Assembly: GCF_009914755.1 (NCBI RefSeq)
Contig: NC_060937.1
Reading direction: 5' to 3' (one strand)
Length of the DNA stretch: 64,000 nucleotides
DNA from: the human T2T-CHM13v2.0 reference genome, Homo sapiens
A model generated the notes under the pieces. The model did no database searches and was not told the origin of the DNA. It worked only from the letters and a program-made list of their open reading frames with translations. The position numbers and the translations under genes were made by a program. This document shows, one piece after another, positions 1-17,090 of this stretch. Position 1 is the first letter of the stretch; each line of letters opens with the position of its first letter.

Positions 1-1090
1 AGGACTTCATGTCTAAAATACCAAAAGCAATGGCAACAAAAGCCAAAATAGACAGATGGGATCTAATTAAACTAAAGAGCTTCTGCACAGCAAAACAAAC
101 TACCATCAGAGTGAACAGGCAACGTATGGAATGGGAGAAATTTTTTGCAACCTACTCGTCTGACAAAGGGCTAATATCCAGAATCTACAATGAACTCAAA
201 CAAATTTACAAGAAAAAAACAAACAGCCCCATCAAAAAGTGGGTGAAGGATGTGAACAGACACTTCTCAAAAGAAGACATTTATGCAGCCAAAAAAACAC
301 ATGAAAAAATGCTCATCATCACTGGCCATCAGAGAAATGCAAATCAAAACCACAATGAGATACCATCTCACACCAGTTAGAATGATGATCATTAAAAAGA
401 TTAAAAAGTCAGGAAACAACAGGTGCTGGAGAGGAAGTGGAGAAATAGGAACACTTTTACACTGTTGGTGGGACTGTAAACTGGTTCAACCATTGTGGAA
501 GTCAGTGTGGCGATTCCTCAGGGATCTAGAACTAGAAATACCATTTGACCCAGCCATCCCATTACTGGGTATATACCCAAAGGATTATAAATCATGCTGT
601 TATAAAGACACATGCACATGTATGTTTATTGTGGCACTATTCACAATAGCAAAGACTTGGAACCAACCCAAATGTCCATCAATGATAGACTGGATTAAGA
701 AAATGTGGCACTTACACACCATGGAATACTATGCAGCCATAAAAAATGATGAGTTCATGTCCTTTGTAGGGACATGGATGAAGCTGGAAACCATCATTCT
801 TAGCAAAGTATCACAAGGACAAAAAACCAAACACCACATGTTCTCACTCATAGGTGGGAATTGAACAATAACACATGGGCACAGGAAGGGGAACATCACA
901 CACCAGGGATGGTTGTGGGGTGGGGAGGGGGGGAGGAATAGCATTAGGAGATATACATAATGTTAAATGACCAGTTAATGGGTGCAGCACACCAACATGG
1001 CACATGTATGCATATGTAACAAACCTGCACGTTGTGCACATGTACCCTAAAACTTAAAGTATAATAATAATAAAATAAAATAAAACAAAA
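1..1090 (+). mobile_element. LINE-1 (L1PA) 3' portion: ORF2 C-terminus, 3'UTR, poly(A)
   Basis: ORFs 9..380 and 283..864 read as L1 ORF2 C-terminus ([38 protein letters not shown]) split by a frameshift; G-rich 3'UTR; A-rich tail at ~1060-1090. Confidence 0.97.
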
Positions 1091-3044
1091 GAACTAGTTT
1101 GTTGAGTTCATTTAGGATATAAGTTGTAAGAAATATTGCACCAGACAATTTATTTTCTGAGATGAGCTCAAGTAAGTATGAGCACAGTATCAGGAATGAC
1201 ATTCATTTGTTCCCAGCTGTCTCTAGGCATTTTGCACTCTTGAAAAATACTAAGTTCCCTGGACCTGAAGAGATTCATGTATCAGTAAGAATGTGAGCCC
1301 CTTGAGTGTTCAATGTCCCTTCAAACCTTAGAAACTGTAAGTCAATGATGGTGATTATCACATCACAAGAGTATAGTTAGCTTCTTTTAAAAGATATAAA
1401 AGACCCCTCTGAGTTAGCCCTGGACACATATTTCTCCAACTGCCTGAATAAATGTTTAGCGATCCATACAGAATTACTCTCAATTAGATTTAGAGAAAAC
1501 ATTCTCTCTTTGAAGAACACTGGAATTGAGGAAAATATGGTAGAGCATATAGGTTATTTTGCCTTTGTTACTTTGTAGACCTTAAATCATGGAGTGTGTT
1601 AGAACACAGTATATTTGTGACAACCATGACAGTTCAGAGAAACGCAGTGACGTCATTTACTCTGAAACTGAAAGACACTAATCTCTGCTCTGAGACCCAC
1701 AAAATCAGATTGTTTGTTTTACCTGCATGATTTCTATTCCTCCCATCTTGTTGTTCTTTTTATAAAACACCTTTGCTAAATAATAAAGTTATTACTCTAA
1801 GGTAGTGTCCAGGTCTCTTTGATAATAATGAAACGTCCATGGCCAAATCCCATTGCTCTGTTTTGACAGTGTGCTCCAAGAAAATTACTTTGATATGCCC
1901 TCTCATATTAGAATAAATACATTATACATGCCTATTGCCTACATCAAGTTTTGAATTGTACCACTTTCAGGTTTAACCTGGCCATACAGCAGATTTTCTT
2001 AATGGTTGGTGAACACGGAATAATAGTTTATTCAGATAAACTATTTTGCAGAAACATTTAAAATCAGATATTGCAGAACTACTGAGTATCTGAACTTTAA
2101 AGGGACACTCTTAACCATATTTTGTTTTATTTAGTACTCACACTGACAAGTTGATTTACCACCTCATTTTCCCAACAAGTGTCAAGATTTCAATATGCAG
2201 TTAGTGGTTTCTAAAAACGTTGACTATTTAATTACATCCTTATAGTTTCCCAAAATTGCTTATAGTTTGCCCTCATTTAGTTAGGTCTATAATATTTCTC
2301 AATTAGTGTAAAAATTTCTATGCCTTTTTAATTATCAATGCATATAATGATGTATAAAAATTATTATGTAGATAGCTCCTGCAAGAAAACTTAAAATCAA
2401 GAGCTTTTAGCATCAAAGTATCAGAATACAAACTAAAGAAAACACACCAATTTGGAAAGATTTTCTTTAAATACATTAAAGTGAATAAAATGTTCACAGA
2501 GAATAACTCACATCTAAGGATACAGACGTTTTCTTAAAGTGAAACTATTTTTGGCTCACTCAGACTCTGGGTAGTGTTTCACTGATTTTGAATTTCACTG
2601 GTCAGAACCAGTGTTGGTAGTAAGAATTACTGTCCCAGAAGAGAATGGAAATGCTTGCCAACTCTACTTTCAACCCTTGTTGGAATCCCTATGTTGTGGG
2701 TAGAGATATGACTAAATTAAGTAGTTTTAAGTCTAAGCCAGAAAGATTTAATTATTGATTTATTGGTTTTACAATTGTTAAATATTGCCTTTAACCAAGT
2801 ATATGTTTTATCATGTAATAATCACTTTGGCAACCTCATATGTCATGGGTTCACAGGGTAAATGTTAAGGTAATAGCTAAACAATGGAGAGTAAGGAGAT
2901 CTATAGTAAATGAAAAAAATTCCAGATGTAATACAGAGTCCAGTATGACAGACTTGAGAAACTTTCAAAAACTAGGAAAAGAAAACCAAGTCATTCTTGC
3001 CATGTCTCTGACTGCACTGACTTGATGCAGAATTGGTGCATTAA

Positions 3045-3290
3045 CATATGTATACATTACATACGTATACATATGCCATGCTGGTGTGCTGCACCCATTA
3101 ACTCGACATTTAGCATTAGGCATATCTCTTAATGCTATCCCTCCCCCCGTCTCCCCACCCCAAATTAGTCCCCAGAGTGTGATGTTCCCCTTCCTGTGTC
3201 CGTGTGTTCTCATTGTTTAATTCCCACCTATGAGTGAGAACATGCGGTGTTTGGTTTTTTGTCCTTGGGATAGTTGACTGAGAATGATGA
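3045..3290 (-). mobile_element. L1PA 3'UTR/ORF2-end fragment
   Basis: Reverse complement of the same L1 3'UTR seen at 800-1020 (catgctggtgtgctgcacccattaactcg, cccacctatgagtgagaacatgc). Confidence 0.92.
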
Positions 3291-3874
3291 ATTAAAATAA
3301 AAATGCATGCACTTTCAAATGTAGTTAGTGCAACATATTGAACTTAAATTCCAGTTTTCCTGGAATTACTTGTGTCTTGAGCTAAAGGCTGTATTTGATA
3401 TAACAGGGAAGGAAAGAAATTATTTTTCCTATAAAATTAGTTTAAAAACACATATAATTAAACAAAATAAAAATATTATTCCATCTTTTAAAGAACATTT
3501 ACTAATTCACAGATATTACCCGAAGTTTAGAAAGTCACCTAAGAACAATTGTTTAAAAATTATTTAGGGAAAATGAAGCAAAATTGTTGTTTCAATCTGA
3601 GATTTTAACAGCCAGTGCACTCCTGTTCCTCAGCTGAATATCCCCTTCATTCTGAATGTCTGCAGTAGTATTGAATTGGGGAGCAGTTAGATTCCAGGGA
3701 CATATTCACTCCTGTTTTGTTCTCCCCCCAATCTCAGCCTTTCGGTGACTGTTTGGGCAAAGCCTCCCTTGTGGTAGAAGATGCCTCACTTCTGGGGAGA
3801 AGAGGCTCCTCATCTTGCAGACAAGAAGCAGCACCCACTGGTTCTTGCTCCAAAAGCCATTAACATTATAAACT

Positions 3875-4160
3875 GGCCAGGTGCGGTGGCTCAAACTTGT
3901 AATCCCAGCACCTTTTGGGAGGTTGAGGCAGAAGGATTGCTTGAGCCCAGGAGTTTGAGTACAGCCTTGGCAACAAAGTGAGACCTAATCTCTACAAAAA
4001 CTAGAGAAAAAATAGCTGGGTGTGGTGGCACTCACATGTACTAAGGAGGCTGGACTGGGAGGATCTCTTGAGCCCAGGTGGTTGAGGCTGCAGTGAGCCA
4101 AGATCACACCTCTGCACTTGAGCTTGGGTGACAGAGTAAGACCCTATCTCAAAAAATAAA
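3875..4160 (+). mobile_element. Alu (old, J-like)
   Basis: ggccaggtgcggtggctc... dimer; TSD attataaact on both sides. Confidence 0.93.
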
Positions 4161-6062
4161 TTATAAACTGATTCACAGTAACTTTGGTTTTGTCACTAAT
4201 ACGCTGAATATTTTTGTTACAACTAATATGCAAAATGCAAACTGGCTATCACTACCATTCTGATAATGGAATTAGCTCTCCTGCATACCTGATGACCTAA
4301 TGCTTAACCTAATCTTCCTCTTTCCCACTTTGATTTGGAAACTTGTTACAATAGAGTTCTTTACCTCAAAGTCTTAAGGCATTCAAGACAAGACTAGAGT
4401 ATGTTAAGATACTACAAAAAAATGTACATAGCAAGAGCTTTCTTGAGTAAGCAAATTTTATACATATAAAAATAATTTACATGCAAATGACTAAGAGGAA
4501 ATGTTAAGTGACTCTGGTGTAAATAATTAGTTTTCTGATTCTGCCAGAGCATATTAAGAAAAATTCACTTTGGCAAAATTATATGGATTTAAAGAAGTAA
4601 CAAGTGGGTTTCTCTAAAGCACAGTTTGGCTTTTTACTAGAATATCAAGTCACTTTTTTGGGTGAGAAGAGTACAATGGGAATGGGCAGCTGGTGAAAAT
4701 AAACAATTAAAATTACTTAAAACTTCAACAAATGGGATCTGTATTTAAACCTGTTTTGGTCTATCTTCCCTTTGTTTTTTCTAACCCCAACAATGCAAAC
4801 CTCAGCCACTGTCAAGGGCAATCTCAGACTGGAGGTTGCTGCCTAGGGTGAGGTTCTAGGAAGACTTACAAGCAGAGCTTGGGGAAATGTCTGCATGGGA
4901 AAACAGAGCCAGACTTAGAAGGCATTGCTGATGAATCCCATTTTCTTACTACAGAAGAGCTAGCAAAAACTGCAATATGATGTGTAAAGTCAGTGTAATC
5001 TTATGGACATTATACCAAGTCACAACATGAGGCATGAGATACCTCAGATGTTGTTCCCTCTAAATCTCATGTTGAATTGTGATATCCCCAATGTTGGTGG
5101 TAGGTCTGGAGGGAGGTGATTGGATCATGGGGGTGGATTTCTCAGAAATGGTCTAGCATCCTGTCCCTGGTGCTGTCCTTGTGATAGTGAGTGAATTCTT
5201 TCAAGATCTATTTGTTTAAAAGTGTGTGGTGCTTGCCCTGCCTTGCCAGGTGATGTGCCTGCCTGCTCCTTCTTCAACTTCTGCCATGAATAAAAGCCTC
5301 CTGAGGCCTCACCAGAAGGTAGGCAGATGCCAGAACCATGCTTGTACAGACTGCAGCTATAAAAACCTCTTTTCAAACCTATTTTCTTTATAAATTACCC
5401 AGTCTCAGGCATTTCTTTATAGCAATGTAAGAATGGCCTAATACAGAAAATTGGTACTGAGACACCGGGCATTGCTATAAAGATACTTGAAAATGTGGAA
5501 GTGACTTTGGAACTAGGTAATGGGCAGGAGTTGGAAGAGTTTGGAGGGCTCAGAATACAGGAAGATGAAGGAAAGTTCTGAATTTCTTAGAGACTAGTTA
5601 AATGGTTGTGACCAAAATGCTGATAGTGGTATGGACAGTGAAGGATAGGCTGACGCAGTCTCAGATGGAATTGAGGAACTTACTGGGACTTGGAATAAAG
5701 GTCATGCCTGTTATGCCTTTGCAAATAACTTGGCTGCAGTCTTTTCATGTACTAGGGATCTGAGGAAGTTTGAACACTCAGACGCAGGAGCAAAAAAATG
5801 ACTTAAAGTTGGAATTTACAATTAAATGGGAAGCAGACCATACAAGTATAGAAAATTTGCAGCCTGCCCATTTGGCAAAGGAAGATAAAGCATTTTCAGG
5901 GGAAGAATCTAAACAGGCTGTGGAGCAACCACTTATTAGAGACATTTGCATAACTGAAAAAGCTAGGTGCTGATAGCCAAGACAATTAAAAAAAGGCCTT
6001 GAAGGCATTTCAGAAATCTTTGCAGCAGCTCATCCCAGCACAGAACTAGAGGTCTAGGATAA

Positions 6063-6910
<848 letters not shown>

Positions 6911-8451
6911 CTTGGACCAGGGCCAGGGCATCACTGCCCTGTACCACCCCCAGGAGGGTGTTCCTTGCATCCTGGCCCTTCTAGCTCCAGGCTTGGTTCA
7001 AAGGGCTGCAGATAGAGCTCAGGCCATTGCTTCAGAGGATGCAAACTATAAGCCTTGGTGGCTTCCACTTGGTGTTAAGCCTGCAGGTGATCAAAGTGCA
7101 AGAGTGAAGGAAGCTTGGCATTCTCTGCCTAAATTTCAGAGGATGTATGAGAAAGGCTGGATGCCCAGGGAGAAGCCTATGCACAGCTGGAGCCCTCAAA
7201 GAGGACCTCTTCTAGGACAGTGCCAAGTGGTAATGTGGGATTGGAGGCCCCACATTGTGGGGGCTGCCTAGTGGAGCTGTGGGAGGGGCGGCTGCTGCCC
7301 TCCAGATCAAAGAATGATAGAGCCACCAGCAGCTCCTGTCTTCAGTGTAGAAAAGCTGTGGGAGCAGAGCTGCCCAAAGCCTTGGGAGCCCACCCTATGC
7401 ATCCTGGTAATGCTCTATGTTCCCAGGATGTGGGACATGGTTTCAAAGGAGATTATTTTGGAACATCGAGATTTAATGACTGCCCTGCTGGGATTTGAAC
7501 TTGTGTGGGGCCTGTAGTCCCTTTCTTTTGGTCAATTTATCTCATTTGTAATGGGAATGTTTACCCAATGCCTGTATCCCAGTTTTATCTTAGAAGTCAA
7601 TAACTGGTTTTGATTTTACAGGCTCATTGGTGGAAGGGACTTGCCTTGTCTCAGAAGAAACTGCACTTTCGAGTGATGCCAAAACAGGTTGAGACTTTTG
7701 GGGGACTATTGAGAAGGGATGATTGTATTTTGCAATGTGGGAAGAACATGAGATTTGAAGGGCCAGGGATGGAATGAAATAGTTTGGATGTTATACCATT
7801 TAAGTCTCATGTTGAATTGTAATTCCCACTGTTGGAGGTGGGGTCTGTTGGGAGGTGATGGGGTCATGAGGGCTGATTTCTCATGTTTAGCACCATCCTC
7901 TTGGCACTGTCCTTGCAAGAGTGAGTGAGTTCTCATGACATCTGGCTATTTAAAAGTGTGTGGCACCTCTCCCTGCTTGCTCCTGCTCTGGCCATGTGAC
8001 ATACCTTCTTTTGCTTCACCTTCTGCCATGTGTAAAAGCTCCCTGAGGACCCTTCCTGAAGCCAAGCAACTGCCAATGCAAAGCTTCCTGTACAGCCTGC
8101 AGAACTGGGAGCCAAGTCAACCTTTTTTTTCGGTATAAATTACTTAGTGCTTAGGTATTCCTTTATAGAACTGTCATAGTACAATTATAGCAAGAATGTC
8201 ATAATACAAGGCATAATGGTTTGCATTTTAAACATGAAAATTAAATTTATGTAATTTATCATGAAAAGATGAAATGAGTTAATAATGGGTAATATCTACA
8301 TGTTGTCTTAGAGGTGCTGACAATCTGTCAAGGAATTACATGCACGGATCAAGCAGTTTACCTTCAAGTTGAATAACAAGATATTCCTATCTAACATAAC
8401 AAAATTTTGACATTATTTGGGAGACTGGAAATAATGCTAAGTAATATCAGA

Positions 8452-8960
8452 TTGTCAAAGTCAAATAAATATAGAGACAAACATCTGAAATTAAAATGTT
8501 TTATTTGAGATACAAGTATTACAATTTCACACATACATGCAGAATGGGTGTCTTTAGTATGTCCAAAACATAAAGAGAAAGTTAGAGGTTTTATAAAAAT
8601 GGGAGACAGAGAGAAAAACGGTATGTATTTCTCTTTGAGAAAGTTCACTGGCACCAGTAAGGTTTTTGAGAGCTGGCAGGCTCTGATAGGTGAGGGACAG
8701 TGGTGGGTAAAGCTAGTCTTAGTGTTCAAGAGGTTGTTGCAGTAACCATTTGATAAAACTGGCTTCAGCTTAAAGCAGGTAATTTCAGCAGCCAGGCATG
8801 AAGAGAATTACGCTTTTGGAGTGGTGTTTTTGCCCTGAATGCCTCCTCCCCCTGGCTTCTTGATGGTTTTATTTGGTGTGACAAGAATGACCCAATTCAT
8901 ATGATCAATTTTTACATTTACCCCTTTCCATCAAGATCTTTCTCTTAAAGCATCAACCAT
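8452..8960 (-). mobile_element. Probable ERV1 (MER4-group) LTR with adjacent polypurine-tract-like sequence
   Basis: tgtcaa...tttaca termini, reverse poly(A) signal tttatt near 8500; subfamily not determined. Confidence 0.45.
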
Positions 8961-9319
8961 GTTTATAGTTGTACAACTACAAGTTAGGCTTAATCATCCC
9001 TTAGTGCTAGGATGGACCTGTCTCAGTTGCTCCATCCCACATCTGGGAAAGGTATGGAGGTCTACATCAGGTCTATGTCAAGATTTATGGCTTAAAATGT
9101 CTATCCAAGGAAAAAATAAAACTGACCAGTAATCCCAGGAGAGAAACATACCTTGGCAAATTCGAAGATATTTCTAATTTTATTTAACAATTTTAAAATT
9201 AATTAATGTATCAAAGATTCACCCAACTCATGTCAAACAAAATATGTTTGGGTTAATTAATATATATTTTATATGGACATTCCTTTATTTAAAACATCCT
9301 TTTTTCCTAGAATGATGTA

Positions 9320-11662
9320 TTAGGGGCTTTCAGTGTGCCTCAGCCAGTTGGAAGTAGAAAAATAAGCATAAAGATAAACTTTGTGAACTTCAATTGAAGA
9401 AGAAAAATAGGAATTCACGGGAATAGAGAAGAACATTCCAGACACTGTGGAGGGGGAGGTGGGAAGGCAGCCTCTGTTATAACATTTGGTTCATAAAAGG
9501 GAGTGAAACACCAGTGCGAGAGAAGAGCAGCCAGTCTCCCTCTGCAACTCACCTTTCCACTGGGGATCTGTGCAACCCAGATTAAGGGAGAGCACTCTGT
9601 TTCTCCCAAGCCTTGGAGCTAGCACAAAAGTGGCTGAGATATGGGGAAAGAGGAAAGACACTCAGAAAAGCTGCAGGCATTTCCCCAGACCTGGGACTGA
9701 GAGAAGGATGCCCTTTTTAATCTGGGCTCATACAAAGTCAATCATTGTTTTGTGCCTGGCAATGGTGGCCACTGCAGACACTTTAATCTTGGGCTAGGAA
9801 TTGGAGTGCTTGCTCTGGAGCAGGGGAGCAGCCTCCACCGCCAGAATTGAGTGTTGAGTATGGAAAGTGCCCCAGCAGTAGGTGTTGGAATTAGGCTCTC
9901 TCCTCTTGCAGGACTGTAGTGGGAAGAGAGTTGCTAAAGCAGAGGTTTCTCAAGGATGGTGAGACTTGCAGCCAAGAACATCTTTGCAACCTGGAACTGG
10001 TCTGTGTGTGTCATTGCTGGGTGTCCCAGCCTACTCCCTTGGTCAGTTGACAGAGTACTCCATCAGCTCCAAGAAACAGGAGGGAGGTGAACCCCATTCC
10101 TCAGGAGACCTAAACTTTGGTGGGGACCAGCCCTAAGGGAAGGAGGAATACAGCTTGCCAAACCCACCCCTTGGATAAAAGGAAACACGATCATGACATC
10201 AGCTGCTGAAAGGGGCACACCAAAGCCTGGGAACAGATTTAGAGAGGTAGTCATATCTTGCCCTCTGTCCCCTTCCTAGTGCACTGCTGCAGACCCAGCA
10301 GTGGTCATCCTGTTGGGGCCCAAGGAACGTGGGCTGAAAGAGGCTGCTTCTTAGGTTTCTCCAGCAGCTCTGCCCCTGCTGAAGACTAGTACACACTGGG
10401 ACAGGGCGCTTTTGGCACTTTGTCACTTCTGCACCTGTCGAGGACAAGTACACAGAGGAGAAGACCCTGCAGCCAGCTGTTACTCTTAAGCACTGTCTAC
10501 TGGACTGAAGCCTTGATTACACCACCAAACAAAAATACATCACCACACCACACCACCACAGGAGCCTATCTGCAACCAAGGAACTTGTACAGAGCCTTGG
10601 TCCTCTGAAAGTACCCAGAAATGAAGCAAATTGATCCTATACAACACACACCACAGTCATACCCTTAAGAAAAAGAAAGAATGAAAAATTAATAAAAAAA
10701 ACTCCTTCCAAATGATAGCAAGTTCAACAAAAGAAGCATCAAGTCTCTCAGATGAGAAGAAACCAGCACAAGAACTCTGGCAATACAAAAAGCCAGAATG
10801 TTCCATCACCTCCAAAGGATTACACCAGCAATCTAACAAAGAGTCCTAACCAGAATGAAACATCTGAAATGACAGGTATAGTATTCAAGATATAAGTGGC
10901 AAAAAGAAAAATCACCAAAATCCAACAGAAAGTTGAAATCCAACAACAAACCCATAACAACGATCCTGGATTTGAATGACAACATAGCCATATTAAGAAA
11001 GAACCAAGCAGAGCTTCTTGCATTGAGAAATTTACTATAGGAATTTCAAAAAACAGCTGGCAGCCTTAGCAACAGACTAGACCAAATAGAAGAAATAATT
11101 TAAGAGCTCAAAGACCAGACCTTTGAATCAACCGAGTCAGACAAAAATAAAAAAAGAATTTAAAAATAATGAACCAAACTTTTGAGAAATGTAGGATTAT
11201 GTAAAGGAACAAAATCTATGACTTATTGGCATTTTTTTTTGAGACAGAATCTCACTCTGTTACCCAGTCTGTAGTGCAGCGGCATGATCTTGGCTCACTG
11301 AAACCTCCACCTCCTTGATTCAAGTAATTCTCATGCCTCAGCCTCCCAAGTATCTGAGATTACAGGCGTGTGCCAGCATGCCTCAGTAATTTTTGTATTT
11401 TTAGTAGAGATGGGGTTTCGCCATGCTGGCCAGGTTGGTCTCAAACTTCTGGCCTCGGGTGATCCTCCCACCTTGGCCTCCCAAAGTGCTGGGATTACTG
11501 GCATGAGCCATTGTGCGTGGCTGACTTATTGGCATTTCTAACACAGAAGAAGAGAAAGTAATCAACTTGGAAAACGTTTTTGAGAACATAATTCAGGAAA
11601 CTGTCCTCAATCTTGCTAAAGAGGTCGACATGCTGATACAAGAAATCCAGAGAACTCCCGTG
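9320..11662 (+). mobile_element. Older L1 (L1PB/L1MA-type) 5'UTR and decayed ORF1
   Basis: ORF1 start region gatgagaagaaaccagcacaagaactctggcaa at ~10750; A-rich ORF1 remnant continues across the Alu at 11232-11522. Confidence 0.75.
11232..11522 (-). mobile_element. Alu (S-like)
   Basis: Reverse Alu; TSD gacttattggcattt at ~11220 and ~11523. Confidence 0.94.
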
Positions 11663-11664
11663 AG

Positions 11665-12240
11665 ACTGAAGGTAGACAGTGAAGCAAATGCTTGCTTTCT
11701 TGTGTGGCTCTGATTAGCATCAGGATATCTACATTTTACATAGGAAAGGAGGGAGCAGAGGAAACACTTATGCATTCATCTCGCATTCAGTAAATCTCCA
11801 TTTTACATAAGATAAAGTAAGCATGTAAATAGAGGGAGTGGAGTAGAGGAAAACTCAATGATTCATTCATCTCAGGATAGGCAGAGGGATGATTTCTCGT
11901 CCTGACCTTGTCCCAGAACTATGAAAATAAGCTGGTAATTGAGATTGTCAGGGTGAAATTGAGCCGACTCACTTTTAGGGATAGTTTACAGGTGGGATGT
12001 GCATTCTGAAAGATTTAGGGGCTCACAGCAAACTGTGAGGGAGGACATCTGAAGAGACATGCGGCCTTCTGTCACTGTGGGAACCTCGCTTATGGATGAG
12101 GCTATGACACAGGGTTGTGAAGTTATAACTATGTGTTTGAGAACAAGGAAAGCAGTATTGCATAACTCAGTTCCCAAGCTTAATTTTCCCTTTGACACAG
12201 TTAGCTTGGGGTTGGGGTCTCTATTCTCTTTTCTCTCACA
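11665..12240 (-). mobile_element. MER4-group ERV1 LTR fragment
   Basis: Minus strand starts tgtgagagaaaag...caaagggaaaattaagcttgggaactgagtta, resembling the MER4-family LTR 5' end. Confidence 0.6.
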
Positions 12241-12433
12241 AAATCATATGGGAACATTCCAGAAAGTGTGAGGTTCTGTGCTCACTATTAAATAAAAATG
12301 ACCAGGAGAGCCATGGGTAAGCGCCCTCCTCAGTCATCAGGACCCCAACAGAGAGTTTTCCCCTGTGTGGACAGGGTCCTGAATTCTGCAGGATCCCGTG
12401 GGGACACAAGTGTCAGGATAGAGACATTCATTC

Positions 12434-12718
12434 AGCCAGGTACAGTGTCTCACACCTGTAATGTCAGCTACACTGGAGGCTGAGGTCACCTTGAGGCCAG
12501 GATTTCAAGACCAGCCTGGACAAGATAGCAAGATCCCATATCTAAGAATAAAATTAGCCGGGTGTGGTGGCATGCACCTGTAATCCTAGTTACTTGGGAG
12601 GGAGGCTGAGGTGGGAGGATTGCTTGAGCCTAGGCGTTGGAGGCCACAACGAGCTAGGATTACACCACTGCACTCCAGTCTCGGCAACAGTAAGATTCCG
12701 TATGTAAAAACAACCAAA
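12434..12718 (+). mobile_element. Alu (J-like)
   Basis: Diverged Alu dimer. Confidence 0.88.
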
Positions 12719-12812
12719 CTATTCTGTGTTTTGAGTGTAAATTACCATAGCCATTGTAACAGAAATTAGGCAGCAACTCTTAACATTCAAAATGCATAAG
12801 CAATTTGGCTAA

Positions 12813-13130
<318 letters not shown>

Positions 13131-15189
13131 TAGAGCCATATTCTTTAATGTCTAAAAGCACTCTTGCATATTTATTACTGCATTGTTTGAACTTAAATAT
13201 CCACAACAGGATAACAGGATAATTAAACAATTTATTTCACTATGGCACATCCATCTGTTAACAAAATGAAATCGATCTTTCTGTACTGCGGTGGAATGAT
13301 TTTCTGAACATAGTTCAGGTAAAAAAAAGACCACTGTTGAATAATGCTTCTGGTATAACACGATGTGTTTGAAAATGTACACAATACTCTGTAATATCCA
13401 ATGCATACATCTATCAAAGTAAATATATTTTATTCTAGGGTAATTATTAAAACATTAAGAAATACTCTTTAATCATATATGTTAAAACTTGTAGAAAATC
13501 AATAACATACAAGTAAAGAAGTTCAAGAAGCCAAAAACAGTAATTCCGAGTGTAGAAAGCATGGTGAGAAGTGATGGAACAAAACTGCAGAAATTTAAAC
13601 TGCAAAATTAAAATACATAATTCTTAATTAAAATACATAATTCTTCATTGAACCCCGAATCTGTCAGGATGTATGTGTGATCTTGGATAACACATTCAAC
13701 CTCCTCCACACTGAATTTTCTTGAGTGTAAACTCTTTTAGAGATGTTCCTCACCCGGTTGCATGAAGCACATCTCTGTGTGTTAAGGCACTTCCCACAGC
13801 ATCTGCGACACAGAACAGTGGCAGCTGTGCTCTTCGTGGTCCCTGCACACAGGCCCACAGCAGTATATTGTGTGTTTTTTTTATATAAAAGGCTTTGAAA
13901 ATGCCCCACAGCTTCCTCAGTAACTGACTGTCAAGAGGGGCAGACTTCAAAAGTAGAATTCTGGCAAAGGTCTTCAAAAGACACGAAATTCTGGCAACGA
14001 GCCCATTTCCCTCCCGCCTTGCTCTTCTGGATGCATCCATTCTCTCCCACAGCATAGTCGTTTTCTTCCACTCCACTGTAGAGACTGTCCTTCTAGTGGC
14101 AACAGTGACTTGAGTGATATGCGGAAATTTCTTTCCAAGCCTGTTGGAGAAGCGTCCTCTGCCTGCTTCTTTTTGGCCACCTCCTGCCATGGTAAGAGCA
14201 GAGGGCCTCCAGGGCTGCTCTATCACCCCCAACAGCATGGACCTCACTGCAGTCACTCCGGAAGCTTCCCTCTAAAGGAAGCTTGTGCAGGAAACATCAT
14301 GCATCGAGCAGCATGGGGACAGGGGCTGGCCAGCTGGGCAGGTCTCACACTCCTGACACTCAGACTCCACGATACTCCTCTGTCCCCACCCAGGGCAGAT
14401 CCCTGCCCTAAAACATTCCCCCCTCATGTCCAGCAAATGCTGCATGGAGCCCTGGAATTCTATGTGGAAAGCTAGGAAGGAGGAGAGCTGAAATGAAGAT
14501 GTAATCACCCTTTCCAAAGAGGTCAGTCCGGTACTAAGCTGTGCTCCTGGGCAAGCTCTCCAGGCTGAGGGAACAGGAGCAGGGTTTATGTTGGGTGAAG
14601 GTGGAAGTGAGGGTCCTCCCAGGAGGTGTAGAATATTCCACTAGGGACACCTCATACCCTTCGAGGATTAGACCTTGAGGCCTGGAGATCCCCAGGCAAT
14701 TAGTATTGAAGGTCGAAAGGCCAGTGACAGGAATAGGAAGGCCCACTGTGTCATTCACAAAGCACTTCCAAACCCATCATCACAGGTGACCCTCACAACA
14801 ACCCTGTGAGACCTGCAGGGCAGGGGCTCTCACAAAGGAGGAGTCAGGAATGTCAAGACTTTAACACCTTCTCCAAGTCAGGATCAGGAAATGCTGTCCC
14901 AGCCCTGACCTATATTCCCTATGCTTCCTCCCACAAAACAGCTTAGGGTGACTGCCAACTTGTGGGCAGAGACCCTCACTTTCCAATCCCCACAAGGGGC
15001 TGTGCAGTGGGGAGGATGAGGCCCCCTCCTCTGACTGTCTCCTCCAAGACCCTGTTTTCTGAGGAAGGTCACTCTGGGAACTGTTGGCCTCTGCAGATGG
15101 GGGCCTGGACCGTGTGGAAACACGACGTGAAGGTCACACCTGGCAGGCACCAGTGTTGGAGGGCAAACCTCACCTTTAAAAACTCACAC

Positions 15190-15525
15190 TTTTTATTTTA
15201 AATTTATTTTTATTTTTAATTTATATGAGTACATGGTAGGTGTATATATTTATGGGGTACATGAGATAGTTTGACACAGGCATGCAATGTGTAATAATCA
15301 CATCAGGGTAAATGGGGCATTCATCACCTCAAGCAAGGGAAATGCCAGATGTTTATAAAACCATCAGATCACATGAGAACTCACTTACTATCATGAGAAC
15401 AGCATGGGGGAAACTGCCGCCATGATTCAGTTACCTCTCACTGGGCCTCTCCCATGACACATGAGGATTACGGAAATTACAGTTCAAGATGAGATTTGGG
15501 TGGCTACACAGCCAAACCATATCAC
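15190..15525 (-). mobile_element. L1 3'-end fragment (15190-15335) followed by THE1/MST LTR fragment (15335-15525)
   Basis: tatttatggggtacatgagat L1 3' motif; caagatgagatttgggtgg...cagccaaaccatatca is the reverse LTR start. Confidence 0.8.
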
Positions 15526-15736
15526 CTTATAAAATTAATAAAGTGGAAATAGCAGCGGGCCTGAGTCCTGGCCCCTGCCTTGTGATGCCCCCTCTTGAGG
15601 AGGGCCTGGCTTCTGTGCCATGCAGAAACTTTCCTGTGCTTCCTGTGGGCTTGGGGTGAGCCAGGTCCTCCTGTGGGAGCTGGGCACTTGTGGGACAGGA
15701 GGGTCCCTGGCCTGGGGTGTCCATTTGCCTCCTTAC

Positions 15737-17090
<1,354 letters not shown>

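Noticed and set aside
9-864. Functional L1 ORF2
   Set aside because: Frameshift near 290-300 and a small duplication (IIKKIKK); only the 3' end is in the window.
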